Assembly: GCA_050613775.1 (NCBI GenBank)
Contig: JBODTK010000111.1
Span: 186,001-250,000, forward strand
Direction: 5' to 3'
Source of the DNA: Neocallimastix sp. 'constans'
Lineage: Eukaryota
Length of the DNA: 64,000 bases
Shown here: positions 29,637-43,003 of the stretch, piece after piece
Numbering within the stretch: position 1 is the first letter of the stretch
How the letters are laid out: each line of letters opens with the position of its first letter
Position numbers and translations under genes: made by a program
The notes under the pieces: model-generated
The model's database searches: none
The model's input: only the letters and a program-made list of their open reading frames with translations
Told to the model about the DNA's origin: nothing

Positions 29637-30008
29637 TTTTATCTTTTTTTTTTCTTAGTATTTAAGGACAAAATCATTTTTTATAATTTAAAGTAATATA
29701 CTAAACATTTTACTTTACACCAATTTATTATTAATAGAAAATGAATCATATTTAATTTTAAATTTAATCTTTAATAAAATTAAATAAATTTTATAATCAT
29801 CATTTAATTTTTTAAATTTTATTAAATTTTAAAGTTTTACTTTTTTATATATCATTTTTATTCATACATTGTTCTCCATTCAATATTTACTCCATTATTC
29901 GAATATTCGAAAATTATTCGAAGATAAAATAAAATTTATAGATATTAAATATTTGAAATAGCAAATCATAGATTTTATTATCTTGATGAATATGTTCGAA
30001 AATATGCA

Positions 30009-30080
30009 CTTGCAATAATAATACAAAATATACATAAATATTGTTCAAAATTTATGTATATTTTGTATTATTATTTCAAG
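30009..30080. repeat. Near-perfect hairpin, 31-bp arms and 10-nt loop
   Basis: cttgcaataataatacaaaatatacataaat / atttatgtatattttgtattattatttcaag, one mismatch. Confidence 0.85.
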
Positions 30081-30391
30081 ATATACGTGCTATGTCAAAA
30101 AATTCATTTTTATATCTTTTTTTTTTTTTTTTCTTTTTTTTTTTTATGCATATAAATGTTTTCTAAACTTATATTATAAACTTTAACTTTATATTAAGTT
30201 TATAATATATCTGTTATTTTCCTATTCTTCTATTGTTTGTTTTCATTCCTTGATATAATGAATTTCAGAACTAATTTAATTTTCTGAGTATTCCATTCAA
30301 TAAATATTAAAAATAATATGACAATAATAATTGAAACTTTATATGTCAATATTAATGAAAATATATTAATTTGTAGTTTCAGTATATTTAA

Positions 30392-30424
<33 letters not shown>

Positions 30425-30943
30425 GCTAATGACATTTATCCAAGTTTAACTTTAAATTCTAAAAATAAAATAAAATATATAAAAAAATAAAAAATAAAAA
30501 ATTATATGCGTTTTTTTTTTTTTTTTTTTTTTACTGTAAAATTTCATGTTTAATTTATATAACTTAAATAACATAAAATTTAAAATTTATATAAATAAAT
30601 ATTATAAACTATAAAAAAATTATTATATATTAAATATTAAATATGTAGCAATGCAAATTTACATTATATATATATTCAATTTATTTTTTTTTTTTTTTTT
30701 TATTGTTGTTATTTTATTACTATTAATATAATAAAATATAATTTATATTTTATATGTAATATGATAGTTTATTAATAAAAAAGAAAATAATAACTAAATA
30801 TATATATATATATTTAAGATCTAATTATAATTTATATACATTTAAAAAAATTTTTTTTTTTTTTTTCTTGTGCTTTCGTAATTAGTTATTTAAATTTATT
30901 AGTAAGACCGATATTTGATATTATTAGTTATAATATTTTTTTT

Positions 30944-32952
30944 TTAACAATTATCTTTAATACCACACCATTCACCATTATCAACACCCCAATCACCATC
31001 ATCATCTGTATAAACAACATCACAAGTACTACAACATTCATAACCTAAAGCTTTAGCAAAGCATGATTCGGCAGCATTGTTGGAACTACCACTAATACCA
31101 CACCATTCTTCATTTTCAACACCCCAATCACCATCATCATCAGTATAAATTACAGTATTACCCTTACAACATGGGAAACCTAAAGCAATAGAGAAACAAT
31201 TATTTGATGATGATGGTTCTGTTTTTGTAGTAGTAGTTTTAATAGTAGTACTTTTAGACTTGGTAGTTTTCTTAGCAGTATTAGTTTTAGCACCTGGTAA
31301 AACATAACCTTCAACTGGTGAAGTAGCTCCACGATATGGAGGTTCAGTAATTGGACGGCATTGACCATAATATTCACTACCTTCACATTGAGTTCCATGA
31401 GCACAACATTTTCCACCAGTACAAGTACCATATTTTGGAGCACAACCTTCTACTTCATAATAAACATCAACTAAATCAGTGTGAACAATAGAAATTGTAT
31501 CAAGATTTTCACAGGATTGCTTAGCATACATCTTCTTTGTGAATGGATCAATAACAGCTGTAATTTCATCATCTTCTAATAAATAACCATCAGTTCCATA
31601 ATAATCTTCACCACAAACATACCAGAACATATTCATACCAATATTATCATTTGCCAATACAGCATCCATCCATTTTGTATAAATTGGATCACGTTCTTCA
31701 AGTGGAACATTATCTGCTGAAGTACTAAGACCCCATTCTTCAACAACAGTTGGTTTATTAAATTTCTTATCAACATCAGCGTGGGCTTTAATCCATGTAA
31801 CACCATCTTTGCTATAATCCTTTAGTCCCCATCCAACAGGATACATATGAACAGTATTATAGTCAATAGAATCAAGAGCACTAATAGCTTCATAATCAGT
31901 TCCTTCATCATATCTATAAACATAAGTATTTGGATCAACACCCGATGGTGGAGTAAGACCAATACCTATTAATTATAAATTTCATATTAAAAAAAAAAAA
32001 AAAAAAAAGATATATATATATTAATAATTTAGTACATTATTGATCATAATCAAAATATAAATGACTGTATATTTATTATTAATATATTTATTTATATTTA
32101 ATTATCACCTTCAATACCAGAAGAAACCAAATGATTTGGATCTTCTTGATGAATAAATGAAGCAATTTCGTCCATCCAATTTGTAATAGTATCAGTATTA
32201 CAATTTTTAACTGGAAGACCATGTGGTCCATTGTTACAACGGGCTTCATTAGCAAGTTGCCATGAGAAAATTGTTGGATCATCCTTATATAATTGACCTA
32301 TAGATTATTTATAACATTTAAAAGTACATATTTATTATATTAATATCATTTTAAAGAACAAAAAAAAAAAAATAATAATAATAATAAAAAAAAAAAAATT
32401 AAGAAAATAAATCATAATAAAAAAAATATATATATATATTAATATATATATTTTTACCAGTGTAAGTGTTAACTCGATTAATCATAGCTTTAATATATTG
32501 CTTATAACCTTCAACAATTTTTCTATTTGTATAGAATTCATCATGATATCTTTTTAAAAAAAAAAAAATATATATATATATATATTATAAAAATAAATTA
32601 ATAACTATTTCTTTCTTTTAAAGCTTTTTTTTTTTTTTTTTTAATATTATGTATTATTTTGAATAAATTTAATTTTAACATACTTTCCACCGAATTGTTT
32701 AACCCAAACATCCATACCACCATAATCAGTCCAATTATTTGTAAGAGTTAAAACAACACGAATATTTCTTTGAGCAGCCGCAGCAAGATAATAATCAACC
32801 TTTTCCATGTTTTCACTATTAAGGGTAACCTATAGAAATAAAAATGATTTTTAAAATTACAAAAAATTGAAATTTCAAAATTGAAATTTCAAATTTAAAT
32901 TTAATTTTTATTTTAATTTTGCATATAATGTTGAAATGAATATTCATATTAT

Positions 32953-33011
<59 letters not shown>

Positions 33012-33601
33012 ATATCAAATATAAAAAATAATTTAATATTTAATTTTCTTTTATATGGATATAATATTAAAAAATGAATGTAAAAAAAATTACTTCTGGA
33101 CCAGAAAAATCAACTAATCTTGTAGCATCTTCACATTCATCACAGAAAGCCCAAGCTCTAACAACATTAAGATTATGTCTAGCATAAGCTTCAAGAGCTA
33201 AATCAACTCTTTCGTGATTTGATACCATTAAATAGTCTTTTTTTTTTTAATTTTTATAATTTTTAATATAATAACAATAATGATATAATTAATTTAAAAA
33301 AATCAATATATGAGAGTATATGATTTTTAGATTTTAAATTAAAATTAATTCTCAATTAAAAAAAAAAAAATAAATAAATAAAAAATAATAATAATAATAA
33401 TTTTTTTTTTTATCTTTATTATTATTTTAATAATAATTTATCGATTAATAGATACATACATGTATTAGAACCAGAGAAATAACGTTTGCAACCATCAACC
33501 ACGAAGTTGGTGCCATCAGTTTGAACAAAACCTTCTCTAAATTGGCCTGCAACAGAAGTAGCTAAAGTAAGTAGTAATGCACCAGCTTTGTTAAAATGCA
33601 T
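30944..33601 (-). CDS. manA: Secreted GH5 (subfamily 7-like) endo-beta-1,4-mannanase with CBM1-like module and two fungal dockerins
   Basis: Exons 33601-33460, 33236-33094, 32829-32684, 32549-32458, 32297-32109, 31965-30944; GT-AG introns; 1734 nt = 577 aa + stop. Motifs [71 protein letters not shown] linker; two dockerins. Confidence 0.93.
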
Positions 33602-35014
33602 CTTTTTAAATTTTTTATATTGAAATAAATTATTTAATCCGATTTCAATTTTATTTATTATAATAAAAATTTACTAATTGTTAAACGCATATAATATTAA
33701 ATTCTTATCAAAAGATTTTAATATCTTATTTAAAAATAAATTCAAATTGATTTAAAAAAAAGAAATGAAAAAAACTATAAAATAGATATTTATTTTAATA
33801 ATAAATAATATATATTTTATATTTATTTTAAAACTTTAAAATATATAGAAATATTAAAAAGTTATGTAAAAATAATAAAAGAAAGTAATAATTTAATAAT
33901 TTACAATTTAATAATAAAAAAAATATAAAAAATAAAAAAAAAATAAATTTTATCATCAAAAATATTTAAATATTAAAAAAACAATAATAATAATAAAATT
34001 CTTATTATTATATAAGGAGAAAATATTAAAATATAAATGAAAAAAAAAAAATTTATAAAACAAAGTTATTCATCCAAATATTATAATTTTTTTAAAAAAA
34101 ATAATAAATAAAGTTCAAGCATTTTCAAAATATTATATTTGAATAATATAATTAATTTATTATGAAAAATTTTTAATTACTAAAACTTTATTTTTAATAA
34201 TTATTATATAATTATTAATAAAATTTATACAATAGACAATAAAAATAAATATAATTTAATATGACTTTTAATTAAAACATATATATATTAAATATATTTA
34301 TTGATAACTAATCTTCATAAATTTGAATTTTGTATATAGTCCTGTATCCCTTTTTCTTAATACCAAATGGCCTTTTTTTTATATATCTTTATTATACTTC
34401 ATTTTTAGAAAGAGTAAAAAAAGTATTTTAAGTATTTCAAAAAGCTTTTACTTTAAAGAATACATATTCCTTTTAAATAAAAAAAGAAAATAAAACTTTG
34501 AAATAAAAATATTTATAGATATATTGATCATTAATATAACATAGGTCATATTAATTTTTAATAAAAAAAAATATATTATCATAAACTAATTATATTTAAA
34601 AAAATAATATTAAAATAATATTAATAAAAAATATGATATTAATTATATTAAAACTTTATATTATTAAAAATAAATATTATCATTTTAATATAAGAATTAA
34701 TATTATTTTACTATTATTTATCATCATTATTTATTTTATAATAAACTTTATTAAATATTATTTTGACGAATTAATAATAAAATAAATATTATTATTCATA
34801 AATTCTCATGATTGATATCCCAGGTAGATCTTCAATAATGATTAGACTAAAATCAAATACAATATAATTTCTTCATTTAAGGAAATAGGCAATATTAAGA
34901 CGGCTTTTATGAATTATAAATTATTATATTATTTTATTAGTCAGCTATTTACTAAATAATATTATTATTCATTTATTCGTATTTATTCATATAATTCATT
35001 ATTTATTATTAATT

Positions 35015-35985
35015 ATTAATTTATTATTTATTATTTATTATTTATTATTTATTACTTATTATTTCATACTATTATTACTTTTTATTTATTACTTTTTATT
35101 TATTATTTATTATTTATTATTTATTATTTCATTTTATTATTACTTTTTATTTATTATTTATTATTTATTATTTATTATTTATTATTTATTATTTCATTTT
35201 ATTATTACTTTTTATTTATTATTTATTATTTATTATTTATTATTTATTATTTATTAATTATTATTTATTATTTATTATTTATTATTTTAATATTTAATAT
35301 TTATTATTTATTATTTATTATTTATTATTTATTATTTATTATTTATTATTTATTACTTATTATTTCATTTTATTATTACTTTTTATTTATTATTTATTAT
35401 TTCATTTTATTATTACTTTTTATTTATTATTTATTATTTCATTTTATTATTACTTTTTATTTATTATTTATTATTTCATTTTATTATTATTTATTATTTA
35501 TTATTTATTATTTCATTTTATTATTACTTTTTATTTATTATTTATTATTTCATTTTATTATTATTTATTATTTATTATTTATTATTTATTATTTATTATT
35601 TATTATTTATTATTTATTATTTATTATTTATTATTTATTATTTATCATTTATTATTTATTATTTATTATTTATTATTTATTATTATAATTATTTATTATT
35701 TATTATTTATTATTTATTATTTATTATTTATCATTTATTATTTATTATTTATTATTTATTATTTATTATTTATTATTTATTACTTATTACTTATTATTTA
35801 TTATTTATTATTTATTATTTATTATTTATTATTTATTATTTATTATTTATTATTTATTATTTATTATTTATTATTTATTATTTATTATTTATTATTTATT
35901 ATTTAATATTTATTATTTATTATTTATTATTTATTATTTATTATTTATTATTTATTATTTATTATTTATTATTTATTATTTTTTT
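35015..35985. repeat. (TTATTTA)n heptamer satellite with higher-order variants
   Basis: About 1 kb of TTATTTA with a recurring tttcattttattattacttt variant. Confidence 0.95.
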
Positions 35986-37062
35986 ATTCATTATATACAT
36001 TATTACATATTATATATCTTATTCATAAATTCTCCGATTATTTAAAGTATTGTAATGAATTGAAAATTTTACATGGTAAAAGTTTAATTATAACAATTTT
36101 AATTTATTCCCACAATAAATTAATATAAAATTGAACACATTTTATATTAAATATAATTATAACCAAAAAAAAAAATAATTTAAAATATAAAAAAAAAACT
36201 TTTATTTGTATAATTATTTTGTTAAAATATATAAATTGTTAGAAAATTAAGTTTAATATATGAATATAAAATAGAAAAAAAAACTCTAATTAATAATGAA
36301 TTTATGTTAATTAAGAAATGTATTGATATAAAACGTAAATAAAAACTTTAATTATTAATAAATTATTTTATTAATAATTACATAAAAATAAATTAATAAA
36401 TCATTTGCAAATTCGTGATATAAATAAAACGTGATCGAAAATAACGTGAGAAAATTAAAATTATGTAAAGACATAAAATTATGAAAGAACATAAAAATTA
36501 ATGTAAACATAAATTTATTACATAAATTTTATGTTATGTTAAAATTGAAATAATTTATAAATTTCTATTTATTATTTTTATTATTTTTATATTTAATATT
36601 TTATTTTATTATATTTTTAATTATTTTAATAATTATTATTTTATATTAATATTTTATTAATTATAATAAATTTATATTTTTATTAATATTTTATGAATAT
36701 TTTATATTTTATTTTATACTTTTATATTAAATACTTTAAATACTTAATAGTTACTCTAAGAGAATTAATTAATTAATTAAATAGTTTATTATGAATTTCA
36801 AATATAAAAACAAGAATAATTCTTTATAATTATTCTTTGCAGCACAATTTTATGCCAAATTTATATTATAATTATTTTATATTTTTAAGATAAATATTAA
36901 ATACATGTATTAATAAATTTTATAATTATTTTTAAATAAATAAATAAATTTTATAATTAAATAACAACTTTATAAAACTTCTCCCAACAAGAGAACTTGA
37001 ACCAAAGGCGTACTTTATCAGTATCTATTCATTAATTTATATAATTTGTTTTAATTTAATTG

Positions 37063-37065
37063 TAT

Positions 37066-37132
<67 letters not shown>

Positions 37133-37142
37133 TTATTTATTT

Positions 37143-37209
<67 letters not shown>

Positions 37210-37219
37210 TTATTTATTT

Positions 37220-37267
<48 letters not shown>

Positions 37268-37270
37268 TTA
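37063..37270. repeat. (TTTA)n microsatellite
   Basis: Visible directly; source of the YLFI ORF. Confidence 0.95.
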
Positions 37271-37324
37271 CTATTAATTTATTAATCATAGTTATGATAT
37301 GTAGGTTTAATAGATAGATACTAG

Positions 37325-37600
37325 ATACACTAAAGGAAAAAACTAACAACATTAATTATATCTTCTTTTGGTAAAGAAGAAATGATAGTTTTAAAAGAGT
37401 ATTTAACTAATGAAAGTCTTGAAATATGCATTGTTTTCATATCTCTAACATTACTACAACACAACAATTACAAGACATTGAACCTGAAATATCTACTAAA
37501 TATATTTAAACCTACTGGAGGAGTTGTTCTTAATTTTGTTGGTTTCATACGTACATGAATAGTATCTTTAAGATATATCTGAACTTGTTTCCTTTTCTAA
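37325..37600 (-). pseudogene. von Willebrand factor A (vWA) domain gene relic
   Basis: Frameshifted IHVRMKPTKLRTTPPVGL / LVDISGSMSCNCC / MKTMHISRLSLVKYSFKTIISSLPKEDIINVVSF: MIDAS DxSxS followed by the expected helix and strand. Confidence 0.75.
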
Positions 37601-37957
37601 TTACATAAATTATATATACATGTTATTTACATTTATATTAAATTTCAATGTAACTTAACTATGACTTGTAGCTAGGTTAAATTACAGCCTATATTTATTA
37701 TTTTTGAATTTATATGCAATTTTTTATTTGAAAGGGATTTATAAATTTTTTTAATTATCCTTTATGTTATTATTCAATTCTTTATTATCATTACAATAAT
37801 TATTATTAGGACAATTGGTATTACATAAGGTTAAGTAATCTATTAATGACATCTTTGTTCTATTTTTGTTACTCAGATATTAAAAATACTATTATTTTTT
37901 TTTTTTTTTATTTTTTATTTTTTTTTATAAAAATAAAATGATATTATATATAATTAA

Positions 37958-38760
37958 TTTTTTTTTTTTTTTTTTTGACTAAGAAAACTACTTTATTTAA
38001 TTTATAATAATAATAAAATTACATGATTTTAATGAAAAAAAAAATAAAATACATGAAATAAAATATGATATATTATATAATTATAAAAGTACGTTAGAAG
38101 TCATAGTTTCTAACTTTTTCCCATTATTGCTAGTAATAATTTCAATATAGTATTATCAAACGAATCTGTATCAGTTCTTTCACCGGATAAGTGAAAATCC
38201 ATGCCTTATCATTTCGACGTCGACGCTCATAGCAACGGTATATTCAAGAGATTCAACAGAATACCATTTTATCGTCGATCTTAAAAAAATCAACAAATTA
38301 ATGGTATTACGTTTTGTTAGAAACTCCGTAATCCCCACAAAATACGGAACACAGTCGACGAAGGAAGTTGAACTTTGTTTAAAAATATTGTCAACTAATT
38401 ATCTTTCTTCCCCATCATTAACTTTAATTTTTTTTCATACATAGAACGCCCGTTAAGAAGAGCACCTCAATATAAAGTAATAAATATTATTATCATAATC
38501 CTTTTTCCTAATCTAAAGAAACATCCAAGGATTTTTGTTCAATTATTATTGCAAACTTCAAAAAGAGATCATCTAGAAAAGGCAAAAGATTTATTTCTGT
38601 AAATTTTTTCCAATTCTTTACAGGCAAAGATCCATTTAAAAAAAGCTAGGTACACTAACACACCACAACATGGGCTAACCATTTAGGGCAATCTTCTGAG
38701 ACTATATTTTTCTTTTAATGGAAATACTAATGTCAAAATTAAAACCACACCTAATATACA
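37958..38760 (-). mobile_element. Degenerate 3' fragment of a LINE (same family as 38884-40531)
   Basis: Reverse complement contains VSEDCL, xPCCG and gagcgtcgacgtcgaaatgataaggcat (compare ~40160-40187), and ends in an A-tail (T-run at 37958-37976). Confidence 0.75.
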
Positions 38761-38883
38761 ATTAATAAATATTTGAATAATAAATTATCTAAGGATTTTT
38801 AAAAATAATTTATTTTATATTTAGTTAACTATTTTTTTTCTGAATTTATTCTTCCAACTCTCTTACTATTATTCATACTTTAT

Positions 38884-40531
38884 TTTATAACCAATGAACT
38901 TCCAACCTCCTCCAAACTATAGTGATCCAACCTTCTATTTAGGAAAGAATGATATTCCTAAAGTTTCTAGTTATGTCTATCTTGGTATTCCTTTTTCAGA
39001 TGATCTCCTACTAGAACACATTATATCTCACATGCATTTTAAAGTTAGAAAATCCCTTCTTTCATTTACACGTTTCTTTTCAAATAAACTTATTCCTATT
39101 GTATACAAGAAAAAAGTTCTTCAATCCTTTGTTATTAGTAAAGTAATTTATTATTCTCCTTTACTTGGTTCAAACAAATCTAGAACGGCTAGAATTCAAA
39201 CATTAATTAATACTGGTCTATTTTGGTGTATCGGTTCCTTCTCTAAAAATGGTAAAACAAATACAGAAAACAATGACTATATTAGACATAATTCAACAAT
39301 GAGTACTTATGCTTTATCTCGAGATCTAAACATTCCTCCTATTGCTAGTATCTGCGCAGCCTTACAGATTAAATCATTTGCAAAATGGAGTAAATCAAAC
39401 TGTATCATAAAGGATCTTATTAAATCTATTCCCAAAATGCCTTATTATTCCTGGACTAAAGAATCTAGAACACTATATAAAAAAATCAAAAAATATAAAT
39501 GTGTAAAATATGACGATATTATAGAACGTTACTGGAAATCAGTTTCCAGATTTCAAGGTATTAAAGGTCAAAACTACGATAGTAACAAGTTCTCAAACAA
39601 TAAAGCTATAATAATGCTTAGCTTAAAATATCCCCAATTCAACTTAGGATTTTCGTGGATTATACGTTTACGCTGTGGTTATAAATACAATATTACTATT
39701 GCTATTAGAATGGGTAGAGTTTCAGAAGATTGTCCAAAGTCTTGCCCCTGTTGTGGTGAAGGTAATCAATCTTTTGAACATTGGATTTTTAAAAGCGATG
39801 CTCTTGCATCTTTTAGATGGAATTCTTTAAATTTCATCGATGATCTCTATGTTTTATTCCTTAGGAAGATTAGAACGTTTAATCCTCTTTCTTCCTATGA
39901 CTCTATTTCTGATTTTGAAGATTATATCAATCATTATATATACTTGTTCCTTCTTGGTGGGACTTTAGTTTTAAATGAACTACATTTCGATAGTGGGGAA
40001 CAGAGACATTTAAATAAACTACTTTTCAAAGGTTCATCTGAGTCACCTGTTCCAAAAATTGTGGGCTTGGCGGAATTCTTAACAAGGGCAATACCTATCA
40101 TAAGTAGTTCGTTTGAGCTATTATTTGATAGGTATTGCAAAATATCAAACTTAACCAAGAGCGTCGACGTCGTACTGATAAGGCATAATGATAATACAGG
40201 ATTATCATCTATTACTACGAAGGGTGATTCTCGCCCTAGTAGCTCAATAAATGATGAATCCGGGGAGAGTTTAGTGGACACCACACTTTCTATTTTAAGG
40301 ATGTTACTTCTAAATTTTATTTCTTTTTTATTTGATAGGAAGGGAAAAATTCCCGCATAGTACAACTTGCCAAAATACATAGTATTTTTGAGCTTTTTAT
40401 TTTTTAATTTTTTAACTTTTTATTTTTATTTTTAAATTTAAATGTACTTTTTCACCTACATGTATTTTTTAATAAAAAATTAATAAAGTTATGGAAGTGT
40501 ATTCTCTTCCCTGTCTAAAAAAAAAAAAAAA
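38884..40531 (+). mobile_element. 5'-truncated non-LTR retrotransposon (LINE); ORF 38894-40360 encodes the RT thumb and a C-terminal zinc finger
   Basis: IPKVSSYVYLGIPF (RT end motif) and CPCCG..SFEHWIF. 3' end atggaagtgtattctcttccctgtct + poly(A) is shared with the copy ending at ~51071. Confidence 0.88.
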
Positions 40532-40670
40532 TTTATTTTAATGAAATCAGTTCCTTTATTATTTTATTTTGTTTAAGCATAAAATACGTATGATTTAGAT
40601 AAAAAATTTGTAAAAGAGAAGTAAAAGAAAAAATAATAAAACTAAAACTAAGAAGAGAAAACAAAAAACG

Positions 40671-40729
<59 letters not shown>

Positions 40730-41296
40730 AAAAGAAAAAGAAAAAGAAAAAGAAAAAGAAAAAGAAAAAGAAAAAGAAAACGAAAAAGAAAACGAAAAAA
40801 AAGAAAACAAAAAAAACAAAAACAAAAACAAAAACAAAAAATGAATCATTCTAATTTAAAATACTCAATTTCATAGAATGATTTTCAAATTGGACTATAT
40901 TGCTTTGTCAATATTAATTATATATTACTTCATTAATCACACATAAATATTAAATATATTATTTATATTAATTTATATTGTTAACTATTCTTTTGATTTT
41001 AAAATCCTTTTGATTTTTTTTTTTTTTTTTTATTATCTTTTATTTTTATTTTATTTTTATTTTTTATTTTTTTTTTATTTTTTTTTTTTATCCTTATTAT
41101 TATTATTAAAATTAATTTTATCTTTTATTTTGTATTTTTAATATTTTATTATAGGAGATATTTATTTTTTCTGTTATTTTTGCCTTTTTTTTTTTTTTTT
41201 TTTTTTTTATTGCAAAATTTTTAAAAATACATATATTATTTACTAATTTATTTATATTTAAATGGGACGTTTAAAGAAAAATATTATTATTCAAAA

Positions 41297-43003
41297 TTAA
41301 ATTAATATACTAACGAGAGTACCAAGTAACATATATTCATTAGCTTCATGATCAAATTTTGCTTCTTCATGTTTTCTATAAATTTTCTTAATTTCTTTTC
41401 TAACTGTATCTGTCATTTTGAAGTTTGAGAATTCACTAGACGTACATGTATATAAATATTCTTGAATACTAGTATTACGAATTTCATGTTCTGGTTTTTT
41501 AATTTTTTTCAATGGAACTTTCTCCATTAACACGTCTATAATTTTCTTATTTCCCATATCATAAGCAATATTTAAGGGGGTCTTACCTTCATTATTTTTG
41601 ATTTCAATATTAGCATTATGTTCCATTAAACGATAAATATAAATTGGGTTACCATATTCAACGGCATAATGGAGAGCTGTATTTCCATAAATATCTTGTT
41701 GATTAACATTAATATTATTTTTCAATAGAGTGGTGACAGCTAAATTTTGATTAGCTTTAATGGCAAGAATTAAAGCGTTTTCATTTTTATTATTAACTTG
41801 ATTAATACATTTTGGATTTCTTTCAATAAATGTCGATACCAAAGTAGGAAGATTAATAGCTGAAAGCATTAATATGGTATTATTATTAATAGGATCAACG
41901 TAGGTACAATCTAATGTAGAACAGTCAGAAATTTGTGTAAAGTAATATAAACCATGAAATTTCTTTATTAATAATGAGGTAGCACTTTCACCATATTTAT
42001 TTTTGATGGAAAAGTCGACACTTTTAACATTATTTAAGACATATCTTAAGGTATCAAAATCACCAGCAATAATGATTGCCATAAGTCCAGTATTTCCATC
42101 TTCATCAACAACTACGTTAAAATTAATTCCCATATTAATTAATTCTATTAATGTTGGAATATAAAATTTATACTTTTTAGAAACATCAACACTATTGCAA
42201 TTATCATCTGGACTATATAATTTTTTAAGAAGAACTGATAATATACATTGACCATCCTCAGTCTTTTTATTTAATTCATAAGAAAATTTCACAAATCCTT
42301 GGAAGAGAAGTTTGGGTCTTCCATTTAAAACTATATGCATAGCAGCAGTTTTTCCTTCATTATCAGTAATATCTTTATCAACATTTTCATTTTTGAGGAT
42401 ACAATCTACACTAGAGAACATATGATTTTTACAACAGTAAATAAGTGGAGTTTCACCGCTCTTGTTTTTATGATTAATATCAATACCGGAATTAACTATT
42501 TCCTTCAAAATGGTAACATTACCAATAGCATAAAATATAACAGTATTTCCATCCATATCTTCAATTTCTAATAAATCTTTATTTTTAATGTATTGCTTTA
42601 TTAAAAATAAAAACTTTTTATTTTTAACAGCATACATTAACGCTATCTTACCTTCTTTATCTTGAACAAATGGATTAATATCCATTCTTAAAAGCCATTT
42701 TACGGTATCAACAAGTTCATATTTACAAGCATTAATCATGACATCACTATCTTTAAAAACGGTAAAAACATAGGATAATAAAGGATGTAATAAAATTTGT
42801 TCAATTATACTAAAATTATTATTCTTTTTTGTAAGAATAACGTCATTAATATCTTGTACAAATTTATCAACAATTTTTTTATTTCCTTTTTCAGTTAAAT
42901 ATTCTTTAACTAATTTATTGTTAGTTTCAAGAATAATAATACTATCTTTATTATCTTTTCCTAAACTTTTAAATAATTCAGCAGCAAATAATTCAAAAGA
43001 CAT
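41297..43003 (-). CDS. Ankyrin-repeat protein
   Basis: 568-aa intronless ORF with many ankyrin repeats (GKIALMYA, GETPLIYC, GKTAAMH, GNTALHYA, GKTPLNIA). Confidence 0.93.
   Translation of the reverse strand: MSFELFAAELFKSLGKDNKDSIIILETNNKLVKEYLTEKGNKKIVDKFVQDINDVILTKKNNNFSIIEQILLHPLLSYVFTVFKDSDVMINACKYELVDTVKWLLRMDINPFVQDKEGKIALMYAVKNKKFLFLIKQYIKNKDLLEIEDMDGNTVIFYAIGNVTILKEIVNSGIDINHKNKSGETPLIYCCKNHMFSSVDCILKNENVDKDITDNEGKTAAMHIVLNGRPKLLFQGFVKFSYELNKKTEDGQCILSVLLKKLYSPDDNCNSVDVSKKYKFYIPTLIELINMGINFNVVVDEDGNTGLMAIIIAGDFDTLRYVLNNVKSVDFSIKNKYGESATSLLIKKFHGLYYFTQISDCSTLDCTYVDPINNNTILMLSAINLPTLVSTFIERNPKCINQVNNKNENALILAIKANQNLAVTTLLKNNINVNQQDIYGNTALHYAVEYGNPIYIYRLMEHNANIEIKNNEGKTPLNIAYDMGNKKIIDVLMEKVPLKKIKKPEHEIRNTSIQEYLYTCTSSEFSNFKMTDTVRKEIKKIYRKHEEAKFDHEANEYMLLGTLVSILI

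Noticed and set aside
34330..34920. Two faintly coding-like patches upstream of the mannanase
   Set aside because: Too short and degraded to assign.
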